A DNA stretch of 37,342 nt from a virus (taxonomy: Duplodnaviria; Caudoviricetes): IMG/VR virus record IMGVR_UViG_3300020045_005113, positions 1 to 37,342 of that record, one strand, 5' to 3'. A program made the position numbers and the translations under genes. Within the stretch, counting starts at the first letter, position 1, and every line of letters starts with the position of its first letter. The notes below the pieces were generated by a model. That model worked only from the letters and a program-made list of their open reading frames with translations, was not told where the DNA came from and ran no database searches. Below, in pieces: positions 1 to 9,894 of the stretch.

Positions 1-894
1 GGGCAAAAGTATGATGATGATATACACGAGCGAGCGGAATTTTGGGGATCAACCAACATTCCAAAAAACGTTTTGTATTTGACAGCCGGGGTTGACATAC
101 AGGGTGATCGGTTGGAGTCTGTTGTTGTTGGGTGGGGCGAGCAGAACGAGAGCTACCATATTGAGAAATTGGTCATTGATGGGTCTATTGTGTCACTTGA
201 TACGCAAGATTTATTGCTACGGTCATTACGTTACCCATATAAGCGCGAGGACGGCGTTAAACTAAGGCTATTGAAAGTGTTTGTCGATACAGGTTATTTG
301 CCCGAGGAAGTGAAGGTTATGTGTCACCGGTTTAGGCGTTATAATTTCTCCCCTATTAAGGGACGTACAACAGGCGACGAGATTAACGGCAAGAAAACCT
401 ATAACGGTGCGGATAAAGCGCGTCTTTTAAATGTCAACAAGTTAAAGGAAACAGTTTTTGCTTGGTTGAAAATAAAGGTTGACACAGAAAATGAAATTAA
501 CCCCGGCGCGGTGCATTTTTCAAGGGAGTGTGACGCTGAATACTTTAAAGGCTTATGCTCAGAGTTACCGATCGTGGAAACTAAAGCTGGTGTCAAAAAA
601 ATTGTTTGGAAAAAGATATTTGAACGTAATGAAAACTTTGATTGTGTGGTATATGCAACCGCCGCGCATTACTCACTACCATACAACACTAGCAAAACGA
701 TGACAGCAAAACTTAAAAAAGAACTACTGAGAATACAGGCGGAAGTTATCCCTGAAGAAATATCCGAAATTGAAACAGAAAAACCGAAAGAAACCGCACC
801 AAAACCAATCATACGGGCTGTGATACCGGAACGCAAAGGAAAACGCTTTGCCGGACTGGTTACCGCAGCAAAAAATATCAACAGAGGATTATAA
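1..894 (+). CDS. Terminase large subunit, lambda gpA family, C-terminal nuclease domain (5'-truncated)
   Basis: Frame 1 is open from base 1 (GQKYDDD...); motifs LTAGVDIQGDRLE, VFVDTGY, IKG, WKKIFERNENFDCVVYA. Confidence 0.92.
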   Translation, partial: GQKYDDDIHERAEFWGSTNIPKNVLYLTAGVDIQGDRLESVVVGWGEQNESYHIEKLVIDGSIVSLDTQDLLLRSLRYPYKREDGVKLRLLKVFVDTGYLPEEVKVMCHRFRRYNFSPIKGRTTGDEINGKKTYNGADKARLLNVNKLKETVFAWLKIKVDTENEINPGAVHFSRECDAEYFKGLCSELPIVETKAGVKKIVWKKIFERNENFDCVVYATAAHYSLPYNTSKTMTAKLKKELLRIQAEVIPEEISEIETEKPKETAPKPIIRAVIPERKGKRFAGLVTAAKNINRGL

Positions 895-1422
895 ATGCAC
901 AAACAACAACTGACAGATTTAAATTTAAAGTTAAAAATAGGTGATTTGGCTACATTTGAGCATGGTTATGGATATTGGGTAGACAGTGGTTATGTTTTGA
1001 CACTCAGCGTTAGGGGGTTATCGACATTAGATAAGGTTTGTGGTCGTGACACTGTACAATTTCTATCAAGCGAAACCGCAACGTTAGCAAAAGGCTGGCA
1101 CATATTAATATTGTCGGCTACTTTGGGTAGTGAGCGAACCGAATTATTATCAAGGCGATTGGAAGTAGTGCCAGACCGGTTGAACGATCCAGAAGTGACG
1201 GATTATATTAGCCACAACCAGAAAATGCTCAACTCCTTGACCGCTTTTATTGAGGGTAGGGCGGAGGATGGACAAATAGACCACGTGAAATCCATGATTG
1301 GGGACAAGGAACTTTGGCAAACTCCTATGGCTGAAATAATAAAAATACGGGACACTTATCATAACAAGGTAAAAATGGAAAACGGTACATTTAAGAAAAA
1401 AATTAAGTTTTGGTTCAAATGA
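895..1422 (+). CDS. Putative head completion / head-tail joining protein (extended gpW-like)
   Basis: Lies between terminase and lambda-type portal; C-terminal SHNQKML..IEGRA..IGDKEL..IIKIRDTY resembles gpW-like helices. Confidence 0.6.
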   Translation: MHKQQLTDLNLKLKIGDLATFEHGYGYWVDSGYVLTLSVRGLSTLDKVCGRDTVQFLSSETATLAKGWHILILSATLGSERTELLSRRLEVVPDRLNDPEVTDYISHNQKMLNSLTAFIEGRAEDGQIDHVKSMIGDKELWQTPMAEIIKIRDTYHNKVKMENGTFKKKIKFWFK

Positions 1423-1423
1423 T

Positions 1424-1453
1424 TTGACAACTTTAAACAACTTATGGTATAAA
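1424..1453 (+). promoter_or_regulatory. Sigma70-like promoter upstream of portal
   Basis: TTGACA (1424-1429), 18 nt, TATAAA (1448-1453), with extended -10 TG at 1445-1446. Confidence 0.55.
1427..1443 (+). promoter_or_regulatory. ACAAC-N5-ACAAC box
   Basis: ACAACTT-TAA-ACAACTT overlapping the -35 and spacer of the portal promoter. Confidence 0.7.
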
Positions 1454-1496
1454 TGGGATATTGGGCGGATGTCCAATAATACTAGGGAAAATAATA

Positions 1497-3008
1497 TTGT
1501 TTGAATTCTTAAAGCGTAAGCAAAGCGTCCAAAAACCGGCACAAAGAACCATTTCAAAGCGGTTTTTTCAAGCGGCCGGTTATGGTAGGCTTGACGATTA
1601 TAACGCAACCTTTAGCTTAAACGCAGACATTAACAGTGGTTTGGCGACCATTCGCAGCCGAGCGCGCGCTATTGTTAATGACTCAGGGCATGCGAAAAAC
1701 ATCGTTACCACGCTTAAGAATAATATTGTAGGTGATAATGGCGTGGTTTTTTCATGCCAAGCCAAACGGCCAAACGGCTCGCTTGATGCATCAGACAACA
1801 ACCTAGTTAATGTTGAGTTTGCAAAATGGTGCAAGTATGGCAATTGTACCGTTGACGGGGCTATGGATTTTGTAAAGGCACAAGAGCTTGTGCTAGAGAC
1901 TGTGGCGGTAGACGGCGAGTGCTTAATCCTGTTTAGGCGTGGCCGTGAGTTTGGAAAACATCAATTCCAGTTTGAGATTTTAGCACCTGACAACCTGGAT
2001 GAATATTATTTCACCATGATGTCTAATGGAAACATTGTATATCAAGGCGTGGAGCTAAACAAGTATAACCGGGCAGTTGCTTACCATATTTGGAGATATA
2101 ACAGAAATGACCCTGCCCAACAGTTGCAAGCCCAAAGCAATGAGCGGATAAGAGTCCCAGCCGAGGACATGCTCCATATTTTCGATCCGAACGTACCCAA
2201 ACAAGTACGTGGGATTAGTTGGTTTGTTGCATCGTTAGTACCTATTCATCATTTGAGCAAGTTGTCTGTCAACGAGTTAGAAATGACGCGTTTGGCGGCT
2301 ATGGAGCAGGTGGCTTTCAAGATAAAAGAAGGCGAAGGCTACCAAACCCCTGACGATGACGACCTAACAGACACAGCAGACTATATTAACCAGACCGCTG
2401 ATTCTGGCAGCATCACAATTTTACCACCTGGCGTTGAGCCGGTGGCGTTGGACTGGAAAAGCCCTAACCTACACATGCCACAATTTCGCAAAGACAAATT
2501 GCGTGAGATAGCGGCGGGATTCAGCACCAGTTACAACTCAATTTCAAAAGATTTAGAAAGCGTAAACTATTCAAGCGCAAGGTTTGGCGCGTTAGAAGAT
2601 CACATTTCGTGGTCTAGCAAACAGAAATGGTTTATCAATGTCTTTTGCAATCGGGTTTATGTTGAGTGGATGAGTACCCAGTTAGTCATTGGTACATTTC
2701 CATTTGTCGGATTGTCGAAGCTTGATAAATTCCTGGATGTGAAATGGCAGCCAAGGGGATGGCAATCGGTAGACCCGGTAAAGGATGCAAATGCCAACGC
2801 CAGCAACCTTGAGAACCTACTGACAACCAGAACGGAAATAGCCGCGCAAACTGGTGGGACGTTTGAGGAATTGGTGAACAAACAGGTTGAAGAATACCTA
2901 TACATCAAGAAGACTTTTGAAGCAGCCGGTTTACCAGTCCCACCACCGAGCTATATGGCGTTGACAATTAAACACGCCCCACAAGAACCTGCCCAGGTGA
3001 AACCATGA
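1497..3008 (+). CDS. Portal protein, lambda family
   Basis: IRSRARAIVND, DGECLI, GVELNKYNRAVAYHI, QVRGISW, VNYSSARFG, WQPRGWQSVDPVKDANA; likely start TTG 1497 after AGGG (ORF track opens at 1461). Confidence 0.93.
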   Translation: MFEFLKRKQSVQKPAQRTISKRFFQAAGYGRLDDYNATFSLNADINSGLATIRSRARAIVNDSGHAKNIVTTLKNNIVGDNGVVFSCQAKRPNGSLDASDNNLVNVEFAKWCKYGNCTVDGAMDFVKAQELVLETVAVDGECLILFRRGREFGKHQFQFEILAPDNLDEYYFTMMSNGNIVYQGVELNKYNRAVAYHIWRYNRNDPAQQLQAQSNERIRVPAEDMLHIFDPNVPKQVRGISWFVASLVPIHHLSKLSVNELEMTRLAAMEQVAFKIKEGEGYQTPDDDDLTDTADYINQTADSGSITILPPGVEPVALDWKSPNLHMPQFRKDKLREIAAGFSTSYNSISKDLESVNYSSARFGALEDHISWSSKQKWFINVFCNRVYVEWMSTQLVIGTFPFVGLSKLDKFLDVKWQPRGWQSVDPVKDANANASNLENLLTTRTEIAAQTGGTFEELVNKQVEEYLYIKKTFEAAGLPVPPPSYMALTIKHAPQEPAQVKP

Positions 3009-4867
3009 GTGAAACAAACGAGTTTTATAGATCAATTTCGTTGGATGAAGAAATTGATTCAGATGACAGTACAATTGATATTTCGTTTAGTAGCGAAGAA
3101 CCCTATTTACGGTCGTTTGGTTGGGAGGTTTTAAGCCACGATCAAAACGATGTAGACTTGTCATTTTTAGGATCAGGCAACGCTCCGTTTCTATCTGACC
3201 ATGTCAACGATGATCATCATTTTCAATTAGGCGTGGTTGAGAGCGCAAGGATTGAAGGTGGTAAAGGTCGGGCGTGTATACGATTTTCAGAAGATGAAAA
3301 GAAGCAGGGCGTAATACACGATATTAAGGAATTAGTTAGACCCAATATTTCCGTGGGATACCGGATAACTGGGAAAATTAAAGACGGTGAAAAGGACGGA
3401 GTTGAGGTTTACAGATGTCAGTGGATGCCATTTGAAATTTCTAGCGTCGCAATACCCGCAGATACAACCATCGGCGTAAACAGATCCGCCGACACAATTA
3501 ACCCACAACCGGAAATACAACTTATGACAAATGAAATGATTGAACCTGTAACCGCACCGGTTACACAAGAGCCAGCAGTGGTACTATCCGCGCAACCTTT
3601 AGAAAAGCGTGGTGCTGACCCTGTTGAAGTTTTGACGCTGTGCCGTAAATATGGAATGGGTGATAAAGTCGAGGGCTTTTTGAGAAGCAAAGCGACTTTA
3701 GACCAAGTAAAAGAAGCTGTTTTTGCAGAATGGGAAGCCCGTAACGCAGAAACTAGCGGATTGGGCAATGGTGTAATTCAACCTGGAAAAAGTGCGGCGG
3801 TACATACCCGCAAACAGGAAGAATTTAGCCTAACCAAAGCGTTCAGGGCAGCAGCCACTCTGGATTGGCGCGATGCTGGTTTGGAACGTGAAACATGCCA
3901 AGAACGTGCACACAATGACATTAACTGCCGTGGATGGGACAAAGACACTGTTATTATTGACACTCGGGCAGCGTTGACACCATCAACAAACGTTTCGGCA
4001 GTTGGCAACGGTTCGCAGTTAGTGGGAACAACTTACATGCCCGAACGACTGATTGATGCCTTGTGGAACAAAACATGGTTATCTAGCGTAGGTACTGATA
4101 ATTTTATGGGCATGGTTGGTAATGCGTCTATCCCAGTTATTACCTCTAATGCCGTGTCTACAATGGTTGGTGAGGTTGCAGACCTGCCAGCACCACAAGC
4201 ATTGGCAACTGGTTTGAAAACCTTGTCACCAAAAGAAATGGTTAGCAAGTTCGCATATTCCAGACAAATGCTTATCCAAGGTTTGCCGAATGTTGAAGCT
4301 AAGATCCTTGAACAATTATATGCGTCGATTGGCCAAAAACTTGATGGTTTGGCATGGGCTAACTCTGGTGTAACACTGTCCACTACCGGTTTGCTTAATG
4401 AAATTACACAGATCGTGGCGATGGGTACGAATGGAGCAGCGCCAACGTTGAAATCTTTTGTTGACCTACGCAAAGCATTACTCGCACAAAAAACATTACA
4501 GGGCGCATTGGCTTTTGTAATGTCCGGGGCATTGTACGAAACATTGGGTTATACGTTGAAAGACAGTGCTAACACCAATAGCGGCTATATCCTGCCTGAT
4601 GGTGGCAATACATTGAAATCAACGCCTGTTGTTTGGTCGCAAAACATACCAAGCAACTTGACAAAAGGTACTGGTACAAACTTATCAGCGGCAATCCTTG
4701 GTAACTGGAACGATTTCATCGTTGCCCAATGGGGTACAATTGCGGTTGAGTTTGACCGTATATCAGCAGCAGATAACAGCCAAATTGTTATCCGGTCTTA
4801 CAGTTTCTGGGATATGGCAATCAAACGCCTTGAATCCTTTGCAATTGTTAAAGACTACATAGCTTAA
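3005..4867 (+). CDS. Fused prohead protease - major capsid protein (HK97 fold)
   Basis: N-terminal protease motifs SFSSEEP, EVLSH, FLSDH, ISVGYRI, PFEISSVAIPAD; C-terminal capsid motifs LSPKEM..YSRQMLIQ, ILGNWNDF.VAQWG. Confidence 0.92.
   Translation: MSETNEFYRSISLDEEIDSDDSTIDISFSSEEPYLRSFGWEVLSHDQNDVDLSFLGSGNAPFLSDHVNDDHHFQLGVVESARIEGGKGRACIRFSEDEKKQGVIHDIKELVRPNISVGYRITGKIKDGEKDGVEVYRCQWMPFEISSVAIPADTTIGVNRSADTINPQPEIQLMTNEMIEPVTAPVTQEPAVVLSAQPLEKRGADPVEVLTLCRKYGMGDKVEGFLRSKATLDQVKEAVFAEWEARNAETSGLGNGVIQPGKSAAVHTRKQEEFSLTKAFRAAATLDWRDAGLERETCQERAHNDINCRGWDKDTVIIDTRAALTPSTNVSAVGNGSQLVGTTYMPERLIDALWNKTWLSSVGTDNFMGMVGNASIPVITSNAVSTMVGEVADLPAPQALATGLKTLSPKEMVSKFAYSRQMLIQGLPNVEAKILEQLYASIGQKLDGLAWANSGVTLSTTGLLNEITQIVAMGTNGAAPTLKSFVDLRKALLAQKTLQGALAFVMSGALYETLGYTLKDSANTNSGYILPDGGNTLKSTPVVWSQNIPSNLTKGTGTNLSAAILGNWNDFIVAQWGTIAVEFDRISAADNSQIVIRSYSFWDMAIKRLESFAIVKDYIA
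3517..3533 (+). promoter_or_regulatory. ACAAC-N5-ACAAC box (1 mismatch) over a putative internal start
   Basis: ACAACTT-ATG-ACAAATG; the ATG (3524) is in frame with the capsid gene and preceded by GGA. Confidence 0.45.
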
Positions 4868-4871
4868 GTAA

Positions 4872-5174
4872 ATGTTGTTTAGCGGCAAACAATTAAACGG
4901 TATGTTTAAGCACTTCGAGCAGCGTGTTTTTGCCAATCGCGGGACTGTTAACGAGTTTGTGTTTGCCGCTGTTTTCGATCATCCGGCAGCGGATTATGGG
5001 GAAGAAGGTCAATACTCGGGACGGCAAGCCACCCTTACCATACCGACAACAACGGCTCAAAAGGTTAGCGTTGGGACTAAGTTAAATATTGATAATCGAA
5101 ATTATCGCATAACTGACATAAACCCAGACCAAATGACCGAGGGTTATTCAAAGATCGAGTTGAAATATGATTGA
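4872..5174 (+). CDS. Head-tail joining protein (gpFII-like, putative)
   Basis: 100 aa, beta-rich, directly after capsid; ends LNIDNRNYRITDINPD..GYSKIEL. Confidence 0.65.
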   Translation: MLFSGKQLNGMFKHFEQRVFANRGTVNEFVFAAVFDHPAADYGEEGQYSGRQATLTIPTTTAQKVSVGTKLNIDNRNYRITDINPDQMTEGYSKIELKYD

Positions 5175-5655
5175 TTTACGGGCGGCTGTTTACGCCTTAC
5201 TCAACGATGGGTCAATTAACGCGGTTATTGATAAAGCGAGGGTTGAACCTATTCAGGGTGGCAGCTTGGTTAATGTAGGGTTAGTGCATAAGAATTTTAA
5301 CCGGATTGGGCAGACATTATTCAATGTTGATGCGCAATTGGTATTGTGTGTTATGGTCGAATCGCCTATCGGATACGCTGAGAAGCTGGATCTATTGGTT
5401 GATTCAATCGTTACCAAAATTCTTACTGACTCCTCGCAACTACTTAATTTAAGCGTTGATTCAGCTAGGGTTGATTACCGTTACTCAGAAGCAGGAGATA
5501 GCAATCTAGCAGAAGCGGAAATCAAGCTTAATTTTGAATACACTGACACAATCAGTGCTGTATTTGACAAAACCATAAACAGTTTGCATGTTGACATTGA
5601 TAAAGACGCTAACGGGTCGATTGAATACTCATTTATTACAACCTTAAACAACTAA
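5167..5655 (+). CDS. Putative tail terminator / neck protein
   Basis: Acidic 162 aa protein between head-tail adaptor and sheath. Confidence 0.55.
   Translation: MIDLRAAVYALLNDGSINAVIDKARVEPIQGGSLVNVGLVHKNFNRIGQTLFNVDAQLVLCVMVESPIGYAEKLDLLVDSIVTKILTDSSQLLNLSVDSARVDYRYSEAGDSNLAEAEIKLNFEYTDTISAVFDKTINSLHVDIDKDANGSIEYSFITTLNN
5638..5654 (+). promoter_or_regulatory. ACAAC-N5-ACAAC box
   Basis: ACAACCT-TAA-ACAACTA at the gene end, 8 nt before ATG 5663. Confidence 0.6.
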
Positions 5656-5662
5656 CTATGCT

Positions 5663-5842
5663 ATGATATATAAATTAAACAATAGGGCAATAAAGCACCC
5701 TGTAAGTAACCAGGATCTACCAGACACATTTAGCGATGATAATGAGCCTTTCGAAACCAGGGCTTTTTTTCAACGCAGATTGGCAGATGGGTCGTTAGTT
5801 GTTGCTCCTAATCCAGTTACCCCTCCAGTGGAGACTAAATAA
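5663..5842 (+). CDS. Small Mu gp38-like (DUF2635) tail protein, 59 aa; not in ORF track
   Basis: MIYKLNNRAIKHPVSNQDLP...FFQRRLADGSLVV; canonical position before sheath; TAA overlaps the sheath ATG (TAATG). Confidence 0.75.
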   Translation: MIYKLNNRAIKHPVSNQDLPDTFSDDNEPFETRAFFQRRLADGSLVVAPNPVTPPVETK

Positions 5843-7311
5843 TGACAATTTCTTTTAACAGTGTTCCACGTACGCGAGTCCCAGGATTTTATCCTGAATT
5901 TGTTAGCGCGGATAACACCAGCAACAAAGGCAACAAAACTTTAATTATTGGGCAAGCAGTCGGCGTTGTGTCACAGACGCCAGTTTTGATTACAAACCCA
6001 GATCAAGCGCGTGGCGCGTTTGGTTACGGCTCAATCGCTGCTCGTATGGTTGAAGCTTACTATAAAAACGACGATTCCGCCGAGTTATGGGTTTTACCGC
6101 TCAATGATGGCGGATCATCCACAGCGGCCACGTTTACTATCACCTTGACTGGTACAGGCACGGCGGCAGGTACGCACCATTTATATGTAGCGGGGGTTTA
6201 TGTACCTATTGGTGTATTAGCATCTGACACCACTCCGACATTACAAGCGGCCAAGATTGCGGCGGCTATTACAGCTATGCCAGACTTGCCAGTTACAGCG
6301 GCTGCTGTTGCTGGAGTTGTTACGTTGACCGCAAAAAACAAAGGTACGTTAGGTAATCAGATTGATGTAAGGGTGAACCATTTATCCGACATTGCTGGCC
6401 AAGTAACACCCGCAGGGATAACTGTAGTTATTGCCGCAGGTGTTACCGGAGCAACCGATCCAACACTAGCCACTATTTTATCAGTAGCGTTGGGCGATAC
6501 ACCTTTTGACAACTTTGTAAACAGCTTAAACGATGTCACAAACATTAACGCTATGAAAGCGTTTGTTGATGCCCGTTGGAGTCCAACAGTCAGGTTGTTT
6601 GGACTCCATTTTGAAGCTAAACAGGATTCGGTTGCTAACTTGGTTACATTAGGCTCAACGGTATCGTTTAACGATGGACGGCAGGTACTTGTTGGTTACA
6701 CAGGATCTCCAACCTTTGCACCGGAAGCGGCGGCAATGGTTGCGGCACAAGCGGCAAACAGCCTTGCTATTGACCCAGCACGACAGTTGAAAACATTACC
6801 GCTTGTTGGTTTTGTTTTGCCTAAAGGCGGGTTGCAACATACCTATACAGAGCGGGTAAGCTTGCTCAATAACGGTATTGCGACAATTGTTTATAACAGT
6901 GGTGTTGCACGCATTGACCGGGCAATCACAACTTATCTTAAAAACGCGCAAGGTGTTGTGGATGAGTCGTACCTTGACATTATGACAAGTGCATCGTTGG
7001 TTGAGATTGAGCGAACATTCGAGGATGGCGCACAGCTTTACGCACGTTCAAAACTAGCGGCGGATGGCTCAACCTTTGGTGATGGCCAGGACATTGTTAC
7101 ACCAAAAACAGTTAAGGCTGATTTTGCGTCGATTTATGAAACACTTGTCGAGCGCGGGATTTGTCAAGATCAGGCAACATTCGAACGGAGATTAATTGTC
7201 GAGATTGATACCCAAGACCCTAATCGCTTGAACGTAATGTTACCTGTGACACTTGTTGGAAACTTGATGGTTCTGGCCGTACAAGTTCGCTTTTCACGCT
7301 TTGCGGCTTAA
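5842..7311 (+). CDS. Tail sheath protein (Mu gpL-like)
   Basis: ISFNSVP..RVPGFYPEF, FGYGSIAARM, AKNKGTLGN, DPARQL.TL.L, ITTYLKNAQG, DPNRLNV. Confidence 0.95.
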   Translation: MTISFNSVPRTRVPGFYPEFVSADNTSNKGNKTLIIGQAVGVVSQTPVLITNPDQARGAFGYGSIAARMVEAYYKNDDSAELWVLPLNDGGSSTAATFTITLTGTGTAAGTHHLYVAGVYVPIGVLASDTTPTLQAAKIAAAITAMPDLPVTAAAVAGVVTLTAKNKGTLGNQIDVRVNHLSDIAGQVTPAGITVVIAAGVTGATDPTLATILSVALGDTPFDNFVNSLNDVTNINAMKAFVDARWSPTVRLFGLHFEAKQDSVANLVTLGSTVSFNDGRQVLVGYTGSPTFAPEAAAMVAAQAANSLAIDPARQLKTLPLVGFVLPKGGLQHTYTERVSLLNNGIATIVYNSGVARIDRAITTYLKNAQGVVDESYLDIMTSASLVEIERTFEDGAQLYARSKLAADGSTFGDGQDIVTPKTVKADFASIYETLVERGICQDQATFERRLIVEIDTQDPNRLNVMLPVTLVGNLMVLAVQVRFSRFAA

Positions 7312-7323
7312 GGAGAATATACA

Positions 7324-7686
7324 ATGGCTTTAAAAATAGCGGGAATGGCGTCTATTAGGTTTAATGGACGGTCTTATGATAGTACTGGCGAGTTCACGGT
7401 AAGGATGGGTGGATCTAAAAAAGACCCAATCACCTTGGCAAGCGGGAAAACACACTTTACTGAGACATTGACACCTGGCATGATTAGCGGATCAATTGTT
7501 ACGTTACCTGGACTTAATATAACCGACATTAAAAATGCGGTTAATGCGGTAGTGCAAATACAAGCAAAATCTGGACACGTCTACATTATGAAGGATGCCT
7601 TTTTTAGCGCGGAGGGAGAAATTGATCCGATGGCGGCTAAGTTTTCTTTAGAGTTTACCGGCGCACCGGTAAAGGTAGTTAATTAG
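7324..7686 (+). CDS. Tail tube protein (Mu gpM/SfV-like)
   Basis: 120 aa after sheath; KIAG.ASIRFNG start, GHVYIMKDAF, LEFTG end; AGGAG RBS. Confidence 0.85.
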   Translation: MALKIAGMASIRFNGRSYDSTGEFTVRMGGSKKDPITLASGKTHFTETLTPGMISGSIVTLPGLNITDIKNAVNAVVQIQAKSGHVYIMKDAFFSAEGEIDPMAAKFSLEFTGAPVKVVN

Positions 7687-7701
7687 TTTTATGTCACAAT
7701 T

Positions 7702-7728
7702 ATCCCGGCGTAACAACCGGGATTTTTT
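7702..7728 (+). terminator. Intrinsic terminator after tube gene
   Basis: ATCCCGG-CGTAACAA-CCGGGAT followed by a T run. Confidence 0.75.
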
Positions 7729-7740
7729 AAAGGTGAATAA

Positions 7741-8007
7741 ATGGCAGATAGATACGTTTTAGATTATCCAATAGACATTGCAAACGACGGGACGGACGTT
7801 ATAAAAGATGTACCGTTAAACCGTTTGAAAGCCAAACAAATGCAGGTCGCGTATGGCAAGAAAGCGAACGCTCGTGATTTTTCCAATTATCTGATAAGCC
7901 AATCGACAGGGTTAACATTAATTGAGATAGGCGAGTTAGACGAGTCGGACTATGACGGTTTAGTGGATGCAATAACCCCTTTTTTGTCCCGGAGTGGGAA
8001 ACTGTAG
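7741..8007 (+). CDS. Tail assembly chaperone (P2 gpE / Mu gp41-like)
   Basis: 88 aa between tube and tape measure; LDYPI...LNRLKAKQM...IGELDESDY..L...ITPFL. Confidence 0.85.
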   Translation: MADRYVLDYPIDIANDGTDVIKDVPLNRLKAKQMQVAYGKKANARDFSNYLISQSTGLTLIEIGELDESDYDGLVDAITPFLSRSGKL

Positions 8008-8159
8008 AGAAGTCTATTTTTGATTTGTTACGGTTTTGGAATGGTGCTATACAATACTCAGATCTAATGGACTGCACCATGCCGGAGTTAGAAGTTATCC
8101 TAAAAAATGCGGAACGCATTCACAAATTAGAAAATCCAGACGATGAGCAAGACGTTTAA
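7980..8159 (+). CDS. -1 frameshift extension of the chaperone (gpE'-like); slippery T-TTT-TTG at 7980-7986
   Basis: The -1 frame reads VPEWETVEKSIFDLLRFWNGAIQYSDLMDCTMPELEVILKNAERIHK...* to TAA 8157-8159, filling the gap to the tape measure gene. Confidence 0.8.
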   Translation, partial: FFVPEWETVEKSIFDLLRFWNGAIQYSDLMDCTMPELEVILKNAERIHKLENPDDEQDV

Positions 8160-9894
8160 TATAAGCACTATTTTTTCGGCCGTTGATAAACTATCAGCAC
8201 CTGTTAAAAAGATCGAATCTAATATTGATAAGCTTGCTAATAAGGTACATCCAATGGCGGCTAAAATGTCTCAGGGATTCGGTAAGGTTGACACAAGCGC
8301 GGCAAAAACGGCACGCGAGGTCGACAAGTTAAAAAATAAATTCCAGTTCAGAAACCAGATAGGGCATATTAATTCGTTGATAGGCGCGATGGGTAGGCTC
8401 GCGTCGAAAACAGCTAGTATTGGAAAATCATTACTGCCCGGATGGGGTACAGCGGCCGTTGTCGGCGCGGCTGGATATGGTGCGTATAGGGCAGTGCAGA
8501 ACGCAAGCCAATATGAAGGGATCGAAACAAGCACAAAAGGATTAATAGCCAGTAGCCCACAGTTCAAGCGTACCATGAGCATAGCTGACCGCGAACGTTT
8601 AGCTGTTGAACAGGGCAAGCTCGCAGAATGGGCGGGGAACGTATCAGTAGGACAGTTCAAAGACTACGCGAATATGCAGAATGTCAACCTTGCCCGAGGG
8701 ATAGCTCCGGATAAAAGGCTTATGGCGGCGTATGGATCATTGGCAGCAAGTATGCCAAACATGGACGATCAGGCCGGGCAGTTTTTGGAAACATTGAAAT
8801 CAATAAGTCGTGGTGAAATGGCAACGGCTGACAATATCCCAGGAGTCAAGGGGCATATTGACAAGAAAAACCACGAAGCTTATCTAATGAAGGATGGCAC
8901 TAAGTACCAACTTGGGGCAGCCGACAGTAAGAATTATTCTAAAAACCTAAACGCAGCATTAACAATAATAGCTGAGAAGTATTTCAAAGAACTTGGCGAA
9001 ATGCAAGGTAAGACTTTTGAAGCCAAGTTTTCAACTATGCAAAGTGGGTTTACTCGAACCCTTGATGCGATGGTTAGAAAAACAAGTTGGTGGGAGCAAG
9101 CCATTAAGCCTGGTTTGGACGGACTAACAACCAGCATTGTTAGCTTACAACCAAAGTTTGTAGAATTATCACAAAGTATTTTTAATAAATTGATGCCAGC
9201 TTTCACAAGAGGTGGTCAGTCTATTGATACCTTTGTTAGTGAGACCGTGCAAAAAATGATTGATGCGGTTAACGCGCTTGAACCAAAAGACATCGACGCA
9301 TTTAAAACAGGCTTGATTGATACGGGTAAAGCCATATTTGGCGTTATCGGTGCGATAAATTCATTCCTGCCCACATTGCAAGCGTTAATAAACAACCTTG
9401 CTGACCCAAACAACGCTGCGGTTGACAGGTACGTTAACGACGCTGAGTCGAAGGGTTATCAGAAGATGAGCCTAGGCCAATCAATAGAGTACCAAGCTAA
9501 GTATGGTTTAGCACCGTTCGCAGATGACGGCGCGGATTTTTCAAGAAAAGTAAATGATAAGTTAGCCGAACACCGGAACGCACAAATACGGCCAGCGGCG
9601 AACGGCACGCAATCTATACCTGGCGGCGTGTTAAATCTTGACACGTACAAGTTGAGCAGTGCCAGCGAAGCGACTGCAAGCAATACGTCTATGCTGTTAC
9701 AAAATAGCCAAGCGTTATTACAAAAAGCAGACCCAATCAACATAACACTAAACAGCACAACCAATGTTGATGCACAAGGGCAATCAAACACAACAACGGC
9801 GGTTAACACCGACAGCAAGCGACCAGTATCGGTAAGTAACGTAGGTAGATCATCACGCGGAACAAGTGCTAGGGGAGCGACGGCAGCATGGTAG
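8143..9894 (+). CDS. Tape measure protein
   Basis: 583 aa, helical, Ala/Gly/Lys-rich; N-terminal FSAVDKLSAPVKKI; position after chaperones. Confidence 0.88.
   Translation: MSKTFNISTIFSAVDKLSAPVKKIESNIDKLANKVHPMAAKMSQGFGKVDTSAAKTAREVDKLKNKFQFRNQIGHINSLIGAMGRLASKTASIGKSLLPGWGTAAVVGAAGYGAYRAVQNASQYEGIETSTKGLIASSPQFKRTMSIADRERLAVEQGKLAEWAGNVSVGQFKDYANMQNVNLARGIAPDKRLMAAYGSLAASMPNMDDQAGQFLETLKSISRGEMATADNIPGVKGHIDKKNHEAYLMKDGTKYQLGAADSKNYSKNLNAALTIIAEKYFKELGEMQGKTFEAKFSTMQSGFTRTLDAMVRKTSWWEQAIKPGLDGLTTSIVSLQPKFVELSQSIFNKLMPAFTRGGQSIDTFVSETVQKMIDAVNALEPKDIDAFKTGLIDTGKAIFGVIGAINSFLPTLQALINNLADPNNAAVDRYVNDAESKGYQKMSLGQSIEYQAKYGLAPFADDGADFSRKVNDKLAEHRNAQIRPAANGTQSIPGGVLNLDTYKLSSASEATASNTSMLLQNSQALLQKADPINITLNSTTNVDAQGQSNTTTAVNTDSKRPVSVSNVGRSSRGTSARGATAAW

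Noticed and set aside
5744-5770. AGCC...GGCT hairpin followed by a T run, resembling a terminator
   Set aside because: Short weak stem inside the DUF2635-like coding sequence; the T run encodes Phe-Phe
7996-8002. Lambda-like slippery GGGAAAC near the chaperone stop
   Set aside because: Phase is GGG-AAA-C, not G-GGA-AAC; the correctly phased T-TTT-TTG at 7980 explains the shift
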